From a virus (Duplodnaviria; Caudoviricetes), in the IMG/VR virus record IMGVR_UViG_3300036802_000003, positions 75,245 to 139,244 of that record: a DNA stretch of 64,000 nt; one strand, given 5' to 3'. The translations under genes and the position numbers were made by a program. The notes under the pieces were generated by a model, which was not told the origin of the DNA, made no database searches, and saw nothing but the letters and a program-made list of their open reading frames with translations. The stretch's first letter is position 1; every line of letters starts with the position of its first letter. Below are positions 47,801 to 56,869 of this stretch, in pieces.

Positions 47801-48081
47801 AGATGCATAAGCAGTATTCACAAAAGGGCTTTGGTACAGCTAATGCAGAAGGTCAAAACTATAAAGCTGGTACAAGCACTAGACCAATGGAATCTTATGG
47901 ATGGCAATACCACACAATGAAACAACACTATCCTGAACTATTTGGTGCAATGCAGTCCATCTTTAATAGACCCGACTTTTTAGGAAGTAAGGGACAGAGC
48001 CGAACAGAGTCAATCCAGCATGGAAACTCAGCTAAGAAATCTCTAGGCTTATTCGTTGATTTGGGAGGGAGCAAGGCATGA
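44821..48081 (+). CDS. tagged putative head-packaged protein with helical repeats and C-terminal zincin metallopeptidase
   Basis: Tag at 44998-45132; VHESAHAID (HEXXH) + EHWAES. Confidence 0.65.
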   Translation: MAEQLKRTARKVPPYRHGREGMSSEGDAWMHPEVFDDDYERKTNSDIRRYMGSLTKSNRLVVDINKAEAPKTGRSLNRGKLVKRAVQVKGKDGKMFTRMQWVDPNDDHQIQSHPLHQEPSLEGTKPTSSKDPSEMSREEYVDHHVRKKMSKEEKYDMLEKHGVEWKRNNHEAIDHKNAVMALKNHLLKNPHLIGAHNNKEAKDIEKPITGTDDENEFWNMWDKADREGSYELMRKLGIIDKDEQDPRFDPNVKENMKPIKHLLNVTRLKKHLRENRHLMTDPEYLPTKDTNATKAAKKQLEDKKQGIKPSPAQAGGNDVHTILANMPREQLYKLMKDAGVSDEDPLITGDKMAGVKHHLNMIKFKKHLEQHPEILTHNPDGSLTEGEKERIASLPEEAKERDRIKSFVSDMSQEDVEDALDKYADHDAVKSRIKSDHEGINSMHAKGALVKVFSEDKERMKPYQKEVSADRLMKMRIGNKVMGKFLRHAFGFKGIGDLKRPEDDEFRTTEWQWHGNGGSGSAMMEKNDDGDAVLTVIDYGEDGQGWNEFQVPLQEVKDFVDDLRKGNEQKKKVEQKEVPLQKKPADQIEKALNESFEKNYTPEVGEVMKSHFTKLWNNADRSGKISDIVKKSMNMTKGTMRNLLKEWGVPVSPTGDIIKTNDPNFKSMVFKDEIQDKKSKSAMDYLKAADIGVDRKATPDAPYDPYVLHESAKNWTEGEKAQARKELLKNAIHVKTGITHEDHDKRIAKLTDHLHSSTTHIPFDLMSHLMANGMKVKFSDVDAHGNAHTGANYNGKDNAIYLDSQYYHDKSVFKDHPHDHIPEKTEHPTIKGAKYGHWSIGENMVHESAHAIDRFLSGGDSYLNWDKGQGTTYAKDHLNTVPEHYKKKVEQSNPDKEIRYSKEGKYFYVLDEWMSNYEGRVYGEYQKLNPDYVHSDNDTGKMYDKKFQGVEGMHGTEHWAESVAGYGNAIHSYQRWKDMNPGNKSTSMDEWAEQMHKQYSQKGFGTANAEGQNYKAGTSTRPMESYGWQYHTMKQHYPELFGAMQSIFNRPDFLGSKGQSRTESIQHGNSAKKSLGLFVDLGGSKA

Positions 48082-48455
48082 AGGTAGTTATTCACAAAGA
48101 CGGAAAATTAGGTACGGTAAAATATAGTAAAGATGGTCAAGCTATGGTGAGCCACCCTGATGCTAAGGTTAGGAAGGATGTAAAGGACTACTTGGATACT
48201 GAACGAGAGTTTACTGTAGCAAACCCTAATACAGACCCTGATGTAGTTGGTTCTAGGAGGAAGCTTTATGCTTCCCCTAAAGCCAATGAAGATACAATGT
48301 CTATGGCTTTGTGTGAGATGTTCCACCATACAGGGGTGCATGTAGACTGGTCTGGCAAGTTATCTAAGGATTTCTTAGGACAGAAGGACAAGAACAGTAA
48401 GACAGATAAGCCTATTGAAAAATCAACAGTAGACGATTTCGATATTATAAACTAG
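48078..48455 (+). CDS. hypothetical protein, possible partner of the upstream gene
   Basis: ATGA overlap; C-terminal IEK|S. Confidence 0.7.
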   Translation: MKVVIHKDGKLGTVKYSKDGQAMVSHPDAKVRKDVKDYLDTEREFTVANPNTDPDVVGSRRKLYASPKANEDTMSMALCEMFHHTGVHVDWSGKLSKDFLGQKDKNSKTDKPIEKSTVDDFDIIN

Positions 48456-48465
48456 GAGGGCTAAC

Positions 48466-49008
48466 ATGAACGATGACACTTTGTTGGTAATATCGCCCAA
48501 GCTTATGGACATCCAGAAGGGTAAGAGTGACCGTAATGGATTAGTACAACAGATACTAACATATGTACGAGATGGTAGAACAATAACTCGTAAACAGTGG
48601 GTACGTAGTGAGTTTGCAGACCACGCTAAGAAAAATGAGGAAGAAAAGAAAGACGTACTATTACGTGAGCAAGAAAGGGAAAGACGTAAGGAAGCTAAGA
48701 AGAATGATGAACAGAATGCGAAAATGGCTACTCAAGATAAACGAGCACGTAAAAAGAAGGTAAAAGAGAAGGAAAAGATGGAAGGACATGGGGAAGGTAC
48801 TAAGCATGTTATCCATGTAGGGGAATACGCTAAGAAGCTAGCAGACCAAAAGAAAAAGCGTATGCAGGAAGAGAAGGATAAGAAGCATAAGCAACAAGGC
48901 GATAAGAAGAAGGATAACAAGAAGAAGGATAAACATGGCTCCTTTGGACAGGCTAAACAGACCAGAGAAGATAATAAAGCAAGTGACAATATGTCTCTTG
49001 GTAAGTAG
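48466..49008 (+). CDS. highly basic protein with divergent tag; putative internal head/DNA-binding protein
   Basis: DIQKG...RDGRTITRKQWV; K/E-rich. Confidence 0.6.
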   Translation: MNDDTLLVISPKLMDIQKGKSDRNGLVQQILTYVRDGRTITRKQWVRSEFADHAKKNEEEKKDVLLREQERERRKEAKKNDEQNAKMATQDKRARKKKVKEKEKMEGHGEGTKHVIHVGEYAKKLADQKKKRMQEEKDKKHKQQGDKKKDNKKKDKHGSFGQAKQTREDNKASDNMSLGK

Positions 49009-49107
49009 CGTACACGTAAGTGTATGCTATTTTTATTGGCTTTGCGAATTTTATTCTAAGAGAATAATGTGTATACCCCTTTTAATTTATGGTAGGAGGT
49101 GCTAGTA

Positions 49108-50688
49108 ATGGGGCTTTGGAACTCACTAGGTAATTTACTAAACGTAAATATGCCGAACTACTCTGATTCGACAGACCTAAGCAAGTCTATGAATCAGCAT
49201 GAAGACATAATGAAATCTGAAAGAGCACGTGACCCTAAGTTTGTTATAGAAGATCCACTATCAATGCTATCTCAACTAGGATTCAAGGATAAACCGTCAT
49301 CATTGACATTCGATACGTTGAAGAAGATGGCAGTACGAAATTCAGTGGTTGCTTCTATTATTACAACGAGGGTTAACCAGGTGGCTAGTTTTTCACAGCC
49401 ATCTAGATTTACTAAGGATGGTGTAGGGTTTGAAATAACACTACGTGACCCTAACAAAACTCCCTCTAAAGAAGAAATGAGCATGATTCTATCCCTAGAG
49501 TCATTTATAGAGAATTGTGGTTTCACCTATGACCCTGCTAGGGACAACTTTGATACATTCCTTCGTAAGATAACTAGGGACTCCCTAACGTATGACCAGT
49601 TGAACTTTGAGACTGTACCTGATAGAAGAGGATTACCAGCAGAGATATATGCGGTAGATGCTTCTACAATTAGGGCAGCAGAGATGGAAGACCCTACTCC
49701 AGATACTGGGGTTACTTTTGCTGACTTTAAAGGTAACAGTACACAGAACAAGTTCGTACAGGTACTTAATGGTGCTATCATTGCAGAGTTCACAGGATTA
49801 GAATTAGCGTTTGCTGTACGTAATCCTAGAACAGACATCAATATTCAGCCATATGGTCACTCTGAGCTAGAGGTTCTTATACATCAGATAACTGCACATT
49901 TATGGGCAGAAGAGTATAACTCTAAGTACTTCTCCCAAGGAGGTACTACAAAAGGTATCTTAAATATCAAAGGTCAGAATATAAGTAAGGAACAGTTAGA
50001 CGCTTTCCGTAGACAGTGGACTGCTCAAATTGCTGGTATGACTGGTGCATGGAAGACTCCTGTGGTATCTGTTGATGGCTTAGAATACGTTAACGTATCT
50101 CAATCTAACAGAGAGATGGAGTACGAGATGTGGATGAACTACCTTATCAACATCTGTTGTGCAGTATACCAAATTGACCCTGCTGAGATAAACTTCCCTA
50201 ACCGTGGAGGTGCTGGAGGTTCTGGTGGAGGACTAGGAGAAGGTGGTATTGAAGACCGTCTTAAAAACTCTAAGGACAAGGGATTAAGACCAATGTTAAG
50301 CTTCTTATCTAACGTAATTAATCGTTATATTGTTCGTAGATTCTCCAATAAGTTTGTATTCAACTTTGTAGGACTTGATAAGGAATCTGAGAAGTCTAGA
50401 TTAGAGGTACAGGATAAACAAGTACGCTCATTTAAGACTATTAACGAGTTACGTAAGCAACGTGGTATGGAGCCTATTGAAAATGGAGATGTTATTCTAG
50501 ACCCAACATTTATCAACTATGTAATGCAGAAGGAAATGGCACAAGAGGCAGAGCAACAAGGTGACCCTAATGACCCTAATGCAGGAGCAGGAGAAGAGCC
50601 ACAAGAGGAGCAAAGCCCAGAAGAGGTACAACAGGCACAAGAGGATGACCAAATACATCAGTCTATAGACCAGCAGTACAGTCAATGA
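49108..50688 (+). CDS. portal protein
   Basis: [35 protein letters not shown]; SPO1/Twort-type. Confidence 0.95.
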   Translation: MGLWNSLGNLLNVNMPNYSDSTDLSKSMNQHEDIMKSERARDPKFVIEDPLSMLSQLGFKDKPSSLTFDTLKKMAVRNSVVASIITTRVNQVASFSQPSRFTKDGVGFEITLRDPNKTPSKEEMSMILSLESFIENCGFTYDPARDNFDTFLRKITRDSLTYDQLNFETVPDRRGLPAEIYAVDASTIRAAEMEDPTPDTGVTFADFKGNSTQNKFVQVLNGAIIAEFTGLELAFAVRNPRTDINIQPYGHSELEVLIHQITAHLWAEEYNSKYFSQGGTTKGILNIKGQNISKEQLDAFRRQWTAQIAGMTGAWKTPVVSVDGLEYVNVSQSNREMEYEMWMNYLINICCAVYQIDPAEINFPNRGGAGGSGGGLGEGGIEDRLKNSKDKGLRPMLSFLSNVINRYIVRRFSNKFVFNFVGLDKESEKSRLEVQDKQVRSFKTINELRKQRGMEPIENGDVILDPTFINYVMQKEMAQEAEQQGDPNDPNAGAGEEPQEEQSPEEVQQAQEDDQIHQSIDQQYSQ

Positions 50689-50749
50689 TAGTATATGTGT
50701 TATAAGGTCTATAACTGATTTTATACTTTAGATACAAGGGGGTGAAGTG

Positions 50750-51511
50750 ATGGCAGATTTATTTAAGTTTAGCGTAAGTGCTGATGCTGATATACAGAAA
50801 TCTTCAGAAGAGGGTAAGCGTATTATACGTGGTTATGCTTCTACTGAAGATGAGGATAGACAAGGTGAGTCTATGGTTCAGAAGGGCTTAGACATTTCTG
50901 ACTTCCTTAATCACGGGTACTTCAACTACGACCACGATAACAGTGTAATCATGGGTTACCCTTATCCTACATGTAGGGTGGATGACAAAGGATTATATGT
51001 TGAGGGTGAGTTGTTCAAGGGAATACCACAGGCAGATAGGCTTTGGGAGTTAGCTATAGCTTTGAAGAAGTCTAATGCTCCTAGGAAAGTAGGATTCTCT
51101 GTCGAGGGTAAGGTTATGGAGCGTGATGGAAGTCGTATTCTAAAGGCTAAAATTTATAATGTGGCAATTACAACCAACCCAGTCAATACCCATACATCAT
51201 GGGAGGCGGTTGTTAAGTCTTTCAATGCACCTTCTCACATACATGTAGATGAGGTAGAGAAAGCCCTATCCGCAGGTTATGAAACTGACCCAGAGGATAT
51301 GGAAGGTGGAGAGACGTTTCGTAAGGAAAGCCTAGACAAAGACTTAAAGAACTTGTCGTATGTGATAGATAACGACGATAAGAAGAAAATTCTTAAAGAG
51401 AAACTTGCTAAGAAGTCGTTAACTACACGAGAAACAATTGTATACTTACAGTTAACTAAGGGCTACTCTAGAGCAGAAGCTGAAGCCTTCATTAAAAAGG
51501 CTATAAATTAA
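50750..51511 (+). CDS. prohead protease
   Basis: GYAST..DRQGE, NYDH, GFSVEG, NVAITTNPVN. Confidence 0.92.
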   Translation: MADLFKFSVSADADIQKSSEEGKRIIRGYASTEDEDRQGESMVQKGLDISDFLNHGYFNYDHDNSVIMGYPYPTCRVDDKGLYVEGELFKGIPQADRLWELAIALKKSNAPRKVGFSVEGKVMERDGSRILKAKIYNVAITTNPVNTHTSWEAVVKSFNAPSHIHVDEVEKALSAGYETDPEDMEGGETFRKESLDKDLKNLSYVIDNDDKKKILKEKLAKKSLTTRETIVYLQLTKGYSRAEAEAFIKKAIN

Positions 51512-51524
51512 GGGGGTATATAGA

Positions 51525-52346
51525 ATGGCTAATATCAATCCGTTAGATGCAGATATCAACAAGTCATTAGATGAATTAGAGCAGTTGGCAGAGAACGTAA
51601 AGAAGAGTACGGCAGAGACTACTGAAAAGCTATCTAAAGGTTTAGATAATGATGAGGTAGCACCTGAAGAGGTATCTGAGGATTCTCCTGAACAGGGTAA
51701 CGAGGGAGAAGAAGCACCTGAAGAAGGCGCACCAGAGGGTAATGAAGCTCCAGCAGAAGACGGAGATGTAGATGCTGATACAGAAGCTGAAGAAGATGCT
51801 AACGAAGATGAGCCTGTAGAGAAGTCATTAGAAGACACTTTAAAATCTAATGATGGCGTTCGTAAGGCACTAGAAGTTAGCGAATTCTTAGATGAGTTAG
51901 TTAAAGGCTTATCTTCAGTACTTACTGGACACTCTGATGAGTTACAGAAGTCTATCGATAGCACTAACCAATCTAACCAGATCATAGCTAAGTCTATGTT
52001 AGGTATTGTTAAGTCTCACCAAACAATCGTATCTAGCCAAGAGAACCTAGCTAAGTCTATTGCTGAGTTAAGCAACCGTATGGTGAAAGTTGAAACAACT
52101 CCAACTGTACGTAAATCAGTACCATCTGCTAACACTAAAGTGTTACAAAAATCCTTTGAAGCTTCTAATGGTGAAGCACCTAAGCAAGAAGAAGGACTAA
52201 GCAAGTCGATGGCTATGTCTAAGTTGACTGATGCGATACAAAAAGGACAAGGCGACTTGACTATTGATGTACTAGCATTAGAGTCTGGCGCTAATATTAG
52301 TGACCTATCATCTAACGCTAAATTACTATTAGGTTCTAACAATTAA
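51525..52346 (+). CDS. capsid scaffold protein
   Basis: Between protease and MCP; acidic coiled coil with many K|S sites. Confidence 0.75.
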   Translation: MANINPLDADINKSLDELEQLAENVKKSTAETTEKLSKGLDNDEVAPEEVSEDSPEQGNEGEEAPEEGAPEGNEAPAEDGDVDADTEAEEDANEDEPVEKSLEDTLKSNDGVRKALEVSEFLDELVKGLSSVLTGHSDELQKSIDSTNQSNQIIAKSMLGIVKSHQTIVSSQENLAKSIAELSNRMVKVETTPTVRKSVPSANTKVLQKSFEASNGEAPKQEEGLSKSMAMSKLTDAIQKGQGDLTIDVLALESGANISDLSSNAKLLLGSNN

Positions 52347-52363
52347 TCGGAGGTGCAAAGCAC

Positions 52364-53767
52364 ATGTTTCCTAACTTAGAAAACGGACAAGGTTTCGGTA
52401 CGGCTACTCAGGCAGATGTGGATAATCTTAATAAAGCCTTATCAGCAGGTCATGAGGTCAACCCTCTTGAACTACAGGGCGGTGGAGCGTTCCGAGTTGA
52501 ATCTTTAGAGAACAGCTTAAAGGTTCTAACTTATGGCGACCAACATATTAAATTCTGGAAGAAGATTCCTAAACAGACTGCATACTCTACTGTAGAGCAA
52601 TACGGTCAATTACTAGACTACGGACGTAACCAAGGAGCGTTCGTTGGTGAGGGTATGTTACCAGATACTAACGACTCTACTTACGCACGTAAGGCAGCAT
52701 TCGTTAAGTTCTTAGGGACTACTCGTGAAGTTACACACCCAATGACATTAGTAAATAGTGCATTCGGTAACGTTGTAGCTCGACAAAACCAAGACGGTAT
52801 CCTTTGGATGCTTAAACAAGTGGAGCAATCTCTATTCTGGGGTAACTCTAAGTTAAAGCCAGGTGGAGAAGAAGGTCGTGAGTGGGACGGTCTAGTAAAC
52901 CTTATCGATAAAGAAAATACTATCGACTTAAAAGGTAACTACTTAGAAGAGCACCACATGAACTGGGGCGCTCAAATGATCATCCAGAACTACGGTACTC
53001 CAACTGATATGTTCTTACCATTCGAAGTTATGGCACAGTTCTCTCAAGAGTTCTTCCCTAAAGAGCGTGTGTTAATGCCAACACAACAAGGCTACCAAGC
53101 TGGTGTGGTTGTTAACAAATTCATGACTCACGGTGGAGAAGTAGAGTTCAGCCCTGATATCTTCTTAACAAAAACTAAGCCATTAAGCATGAATGCTTCT
53201 AGCTATAAAGCTCCTGCTGTAGGTACTTTAGCTGGTGCATTAGACGCTTCTGGTACTGCTGGTGACTTTGCTAAGCAAGGTGGCGGTGTATACAAATACG
53301 CTATCACATTAAATAACGACCACGGTGAGTCTATCCCATCTAACGTTGTATCTGTTACGATGACTGGTTCAGACTTAGCTAAAGGCGTTAAGCTTACTAT
53401 CACTAACCCTGCTTCTACTGCATTCCCAGTTGATTACGTTCGTGTATATCGTTCTGAGAAAGATGGCAACCAGTTATATGAAGTTGCTAAGTTTGCAGTA
53501 ACGTCTCAAGGTAGTGCAGCTACTACAGTATTCACTGATAACGGTGAAACAATCGCTAACACGTATACTTCATTCATGGGTGAGATGTCTCCAGAGATTA
53601 TCGGCTTTAAACAGCTAGCTCCTATGATGAAGATGGATTTAGCTACGCTTGGTCCAGTTATCCGTTGGATGATTTTAATGTACGGTGTACCTGTACTTTA
53701 TGCTCCTAAGAAATGGATGAAGTACACTAATATTAAAGCTGACGTACCAGGCTTCATTGGTGCTTAA
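52364..53767 (+). CDS. major capsid protein
   Basis: GGAFRVESLE, Twort/SPO1-type MCP, LNK|A processing site. Confidence 0.95.
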   Translation: MFPNLENGQGFGTATQADVDNLNKALSAGHEVNPLELQGGGAFRVESLENSLKVLTYGDQHIKFWKKIPKQTAYSTVEQYGQLLDYGRNQGAFVGEGMLPDTNDSTYARKAAFVKFLGTTREVTHPMTLVNSAFGNVVARQNQDGILWMLKQVEQSLFWGNSKLKPGGEEGREWDGLVNLIDKENTIDLKGNYLEEHHMNWGAQMIIQNYGTPTDMFLPFEVMAQFSQEFFPKERVLMPTQQGYQAGVVVNKFMTHGGEVEFSPDIFLTKTKPLSMNASSYKAPAVGTLAGALDASGTAGDFAKQGGGVYKYAITLNNDHGESIPSNVVSVTMTGSDLAKGVKLTITNPASTAFPVDYVRVYRSEKDGNQLYEVAKFAVTSQGSAATTVFTDNGETIANTYTSFMGEMSPEIIGFKQLAPMMKMDLATLGPVIRWMILMYGVPVLYAPKKWMKYTNIKADVPGFIGA

Positions 53768-53873
53768 TATAAATAAGTGATCGCATAGGAGGGAGTGGAC
53801 TTAGTTCACTCCCTTTTATCATGCCCTACGATACGTTGATTATATTATTATAAACTATTAGGAGGTATTTACT

Positions 53874-54134
53874 ATGGCTAAGGTACAAAACATTCTATTA
53901 CGAGGTCAAGAGGTAATGTTATCTACGGGAGCAGTACAGTTTGATGAACATGGTATTGCGGAGATTGAATCAGAAGAAGTGTACAACGGTGTCCTTGAGC
54001 TAAAGAACTTCTTTGCAGTAGAAGAGGCTAAAGAGGAAGTTAAGGAAGAAGTTAAAGAAGAGCCTAAGGAAGAAGCAAAAGAAGAGGAAAAGCCTAAGGC
54101 AAAAGCACCTGCTAAGAAAACTGCTGCTAAATAA
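53874..54134 (+). CDS. small head-associated protein
   Basis: VQFDEHGIAE; K/E-rich tail; position after MCP. Confidence 0.6.
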   Translation: MAKVQNILLRGQEVMLSTGAVQFDEHGIAEIESEEVYNGVLELKNFFAVEEAKEEVKEEVKEEPKEEAKEEEKPKAKAPAKKTAAK

Positions 54135-54148
54135 TAGGAGGGGTACAC

Positions 54149-54898
54149 ATGGACTTATATGTCAAGTATGAAGACATAAATGCCCAATTCCTAGTTGAGA
54201 ACTACCTATTTGGGGTTCCATTAGAAGACCTATATGGCAATAAGATGGGTGAGGGCTTACTAGAGCATTACATTAAGTCAGCTATTCTCTATACGCAACG
54301 TATGTTGCAAGTCATCATAGAGCCACAAGAAATAGAGGATGAGGTACACGATTACTACCAAGGGGATTTTATGAGTTGGTCATTCTTACAGTTACACAAG
54401 AAACCTATTATAGAAGTACACAAGTTACAGATGAACTTTGGTAGCTATAATGCAGCTAGTATACCAAAGGATTGGATACGACAATATGATATTCCTGGGC
54501 AAATACAGTTATTCCCCACACAGGGTAGTGCAGGAAGCATGATTATAGCGCAGAATGGTTCATTCTTACCATTGGCTCTAGGTCAATACTCTAGTGCTCC
54601 TGGTATATGGAGAGTTAGCTACAAAGCTGGTATGGAAAAGATTCCTCATGACTTAGTAGAGTACATTATGAAGCGTGCTTCAATTGGTATCTTGCAAGTA
54701 TGGGGTGACTTAATCATCGGTGCTGGTATTGCCAATCAGACAATCAGTATTGACGGTTTATCCCAATCTATTGGTACTACACAGTCTCCAGAGTTCTCTG
54801 GTGCAGGTGCTCGTATTAAAAACTATTCAGATGACATGAAAGACCTAGAAAAACGCTTGAAAGATACTTACTTAGGTATAAGCATGGGTCTTATATAG
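54149..54898 (+). CDS. head-tail adaptor/neck protein
   Basis: WGDLIIGAGIA..TISIDG.SQSI.TTQS motif. Confidence 0.8.
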   Translation: MDLYVKYEDINAQFLVENYLFGVPLEDLYGNKMGEGLLEHYIKSAILYTQRMLQVIIEPQEIEDEVHDYYQGDFMSWSFLQLHKKPIIEVHKLQMNFGSYNAASIPKDWIRQYDIPGQIQLFPTQGSAGSMIIAQNGSFLPLALGQYSSAPGIWRVSYKAGMEKIPHDLVEYIMKRASIGILQVWGDLIIGAGIANQTISIDGLSQSIGTTQSPEFSGAGARIKNYSDDMKDLEKRLKDTYLGISMGLI

Positions 54899-54909
54899 GA
54901 GGGATTAGG

Positions 54910-55626
54910 ATGACACAAGAATATCCATATAATCTTCCTACTGGTAACCAAGTTCGGGCTGATATAAAGCCCGAACTATTTGATTCTGCTATACTACAGA
55001 AGGGTTACACTGTTATCTGGGAACAAGGTATGTTCTGTCCTTGTATTGATATGAGGTCTGGTCAACCTGACTATGCTTGTCCTGAGTGCGGTGGTAAGGG
55101 TTATGCTTACTTTGGTGCAAGAGAGACAAAGGCATTAGTAACTAGTATTAGTGGTAATAAAGACCAAGACCGTATAGGTCTCAATGAACAGGGTTCAGCT
55201 TATCTTACTCCTTTGAGTACAGACATGGTAGGGTTTAGGGACAAGTTCACTTTTGTGGATTTTGATATAAAGTTCTCTGAAGTAATAGCTAGGGGAGACA
55301 CCAAGTATGACAAGCTAGACTACCAAGCCTTGAGAATAGTAGCAGTTAAGTCTATAAACAAAGAATATATAGAAGGCTTTGATTACGTTATGGCTAATGA
55401 TGGTAAAGCTATAGAATGGTTGAATCCAGTAGCAATACCACAGAAGCAAAGATACTCAATCCTTTATACTACTAAGCCAGTGTACATCGCTATCGGTCCA
55501 GTACATGAGCTTAGAGGCACATACACAATGGCTAAAGGTGGAGGGGTAGAGAGTTTTGTTAGGCTTCCTTCACAATTCCATATCAAGAGGGAGGATTTAC
55601 TAGATGAAACTTTCAATGCAGGTTAA
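54910..55626 (+). CDS. neck/head-closure protein
   Basis: WE...CPC...QPD..CP.C.GKG. Confidence 0.75.
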   Translation: MTQEYPYNLPTGNQVRADIKPELFDSAILQKGYTVIWEQGMFCPCIDMRSGQPDYACPECGGKGYAYFGARETKALVTSISGNKDQDRIGLNEQGSAYLTPLSTDMVGFRDKFTFVDFDIKFSEVIARGDTKYDKLDYQALRIVAVKSINKEYIEGFDYVMANDGKAIEWLNPVAIPQKQRYSILYTTKPVYIAIGPVHELRGTYTMAKGGGVESFVRLPSQFHIKREDLLDETFNAG

Positions 55627-55819
55627 TATGGATAGTCTAGTAGACCTCTTGAAAGACACTAAACGTGGTGTAGAGTGGGGCAACGGAGAAGACCAGTTCT
55701 ATATACAGAATCCACAGTTTAAACAAGAGGACAAGGACGTATCTAAACCTATAGCTCACGTTAAGGTTGAAGATGTTCCTACTCCTAAGAAAGTTAAACT
55801 TAAATGGGGGAGGTTATAG
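55604..55819 (+). CDS. hypothetical structural-region protein
   Basis: ORF with SD. Confidence 0.6.
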   Translation: MKLSMQVNMDSLVDLLKDTKRGVEWGNGEDQFYIQNPQFKQEDKDVSKPIAHVKVEDVPTPKKVKLKWGRL

Positions 55820-56655
55820 ACTTGATTCCGTTAATAGAGGATTACATCATTGAAAACATAGAAAACAAACTAGATTTGCTTAAGAAGAACCCTTCAGCTA
55901 TCAGTAGAATTGTCAAGCTTGATAAGACAAGGCTGGACATGATAAGCAAATATCTAACCAAGAAAGAAATTCTTCTAAAGAAAGGCTACCCTAGAACCCC
56001 TGCCGAGTTACCTTGTATAGCTATCATGCTATCCACGGAAGATGAGACAGAAGAGGGTTTAGGGGATATGGGTTACAGTGGAGATGACCAGTCCTTCCTT
56101 ACAGTAGGTCTACCTGCTAAATATGGAACACTAGGATGGGAGATTCAACTGACCAAGCCGAATGTACAGAAGGTTCACAATATACGTCATAATGACACAG
56201 GCATGGCTATTGAGCATTATGATGTTGACTATGCAAAGTCTAAAATTATTATTCATGATGAGGGCTTTGTAGAAGAAAATGACATGTTCACTATTGAGTT
56301 TAGCTACACTAGTGGTGCACAAGAGACAGTACGAACGATGTTTGAAGCTGAGTATAGGATAGAAATCTGGACTGAAAATGGAGACTTGACCGTAGACTTA
56401 TACCATTTAGTTAAGTGGGCAATGTTATCAGGCAGGGACTTCCTTATAGATGAGAAAGACATCTACAGACAGAAGCTATCAGGTGGAGATTTTGAGCCAG
56501 TACGTAGTTTTGAACCAGCGTTTGTATACAGAAGAGCATTGACCTTCTGGTGTCAATTTAGTGTAGACCCTATCAAGGATATACTCGATGATGACCTTCA
56601 TGTAGTTACAGAAGTCCACGTGAATCAAGAGTACTACAATAGGGAGGATTCCTAA
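55804..56655 (+). CDS. tail completion/terminator protein
   Basis: GYPRTPAELPCIAI..E; position before the sheath. Confidence 0.65.
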   Translation: MGEVIDLIPLIEDYIIENIENKLDLLKKNPSAISRIVKLDKTRLDMISKYLTKKEILLKKGYPRTPAELPCIAIMLSTEDETEEGLGDMGYSGDDQSFLTVGLPAKYGTLGWEIQLTKPNVQKVHNIRHNDTGMAIEHYDVDYAKSKIIIHDEGFVEENDMFTIEFSYTSGAQETVRTMFEAEYRIEIWTENGDLTVDLYHLVKWAMLSGRDFLIDEKDIYRQKLSGGDFEPVRSFEPAFVYRRALTFWCQFSVDPIKDILDDDLHVVTEVHVNQEYYNREDS

Positions 56656-56855
56656 TGGCTACTAAAAAAGAAGATACAAAAGTAGTGCCTGTCGAAGAAA
56701 TTCCTAGCTCTCGTATTCACTTCCGTGAGTTCATTCAGTTACACACTAACCTAGACGCTGTTACTGGTGCAGGGTTTAAGTCTACTTGTGGCTCTACGGA
56801 GTGGATGTATTTAGAAGAGTGGCAGGAATGCTTGGACAAGTATAAATCAATATAA
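56655..56855 (+). CDS. small tail-region protein
   Basis: Position just before the sheath. Confidence 0.6.
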   Translation: MATKKEDTKVVPVEEIPSSRIHFREFIQLHTNLDAVTGAGFKSTCGSTEWMYLEEWQECLDKYKSI

Positions 56856-56869
56856 GAGAGGTGTTTTAA

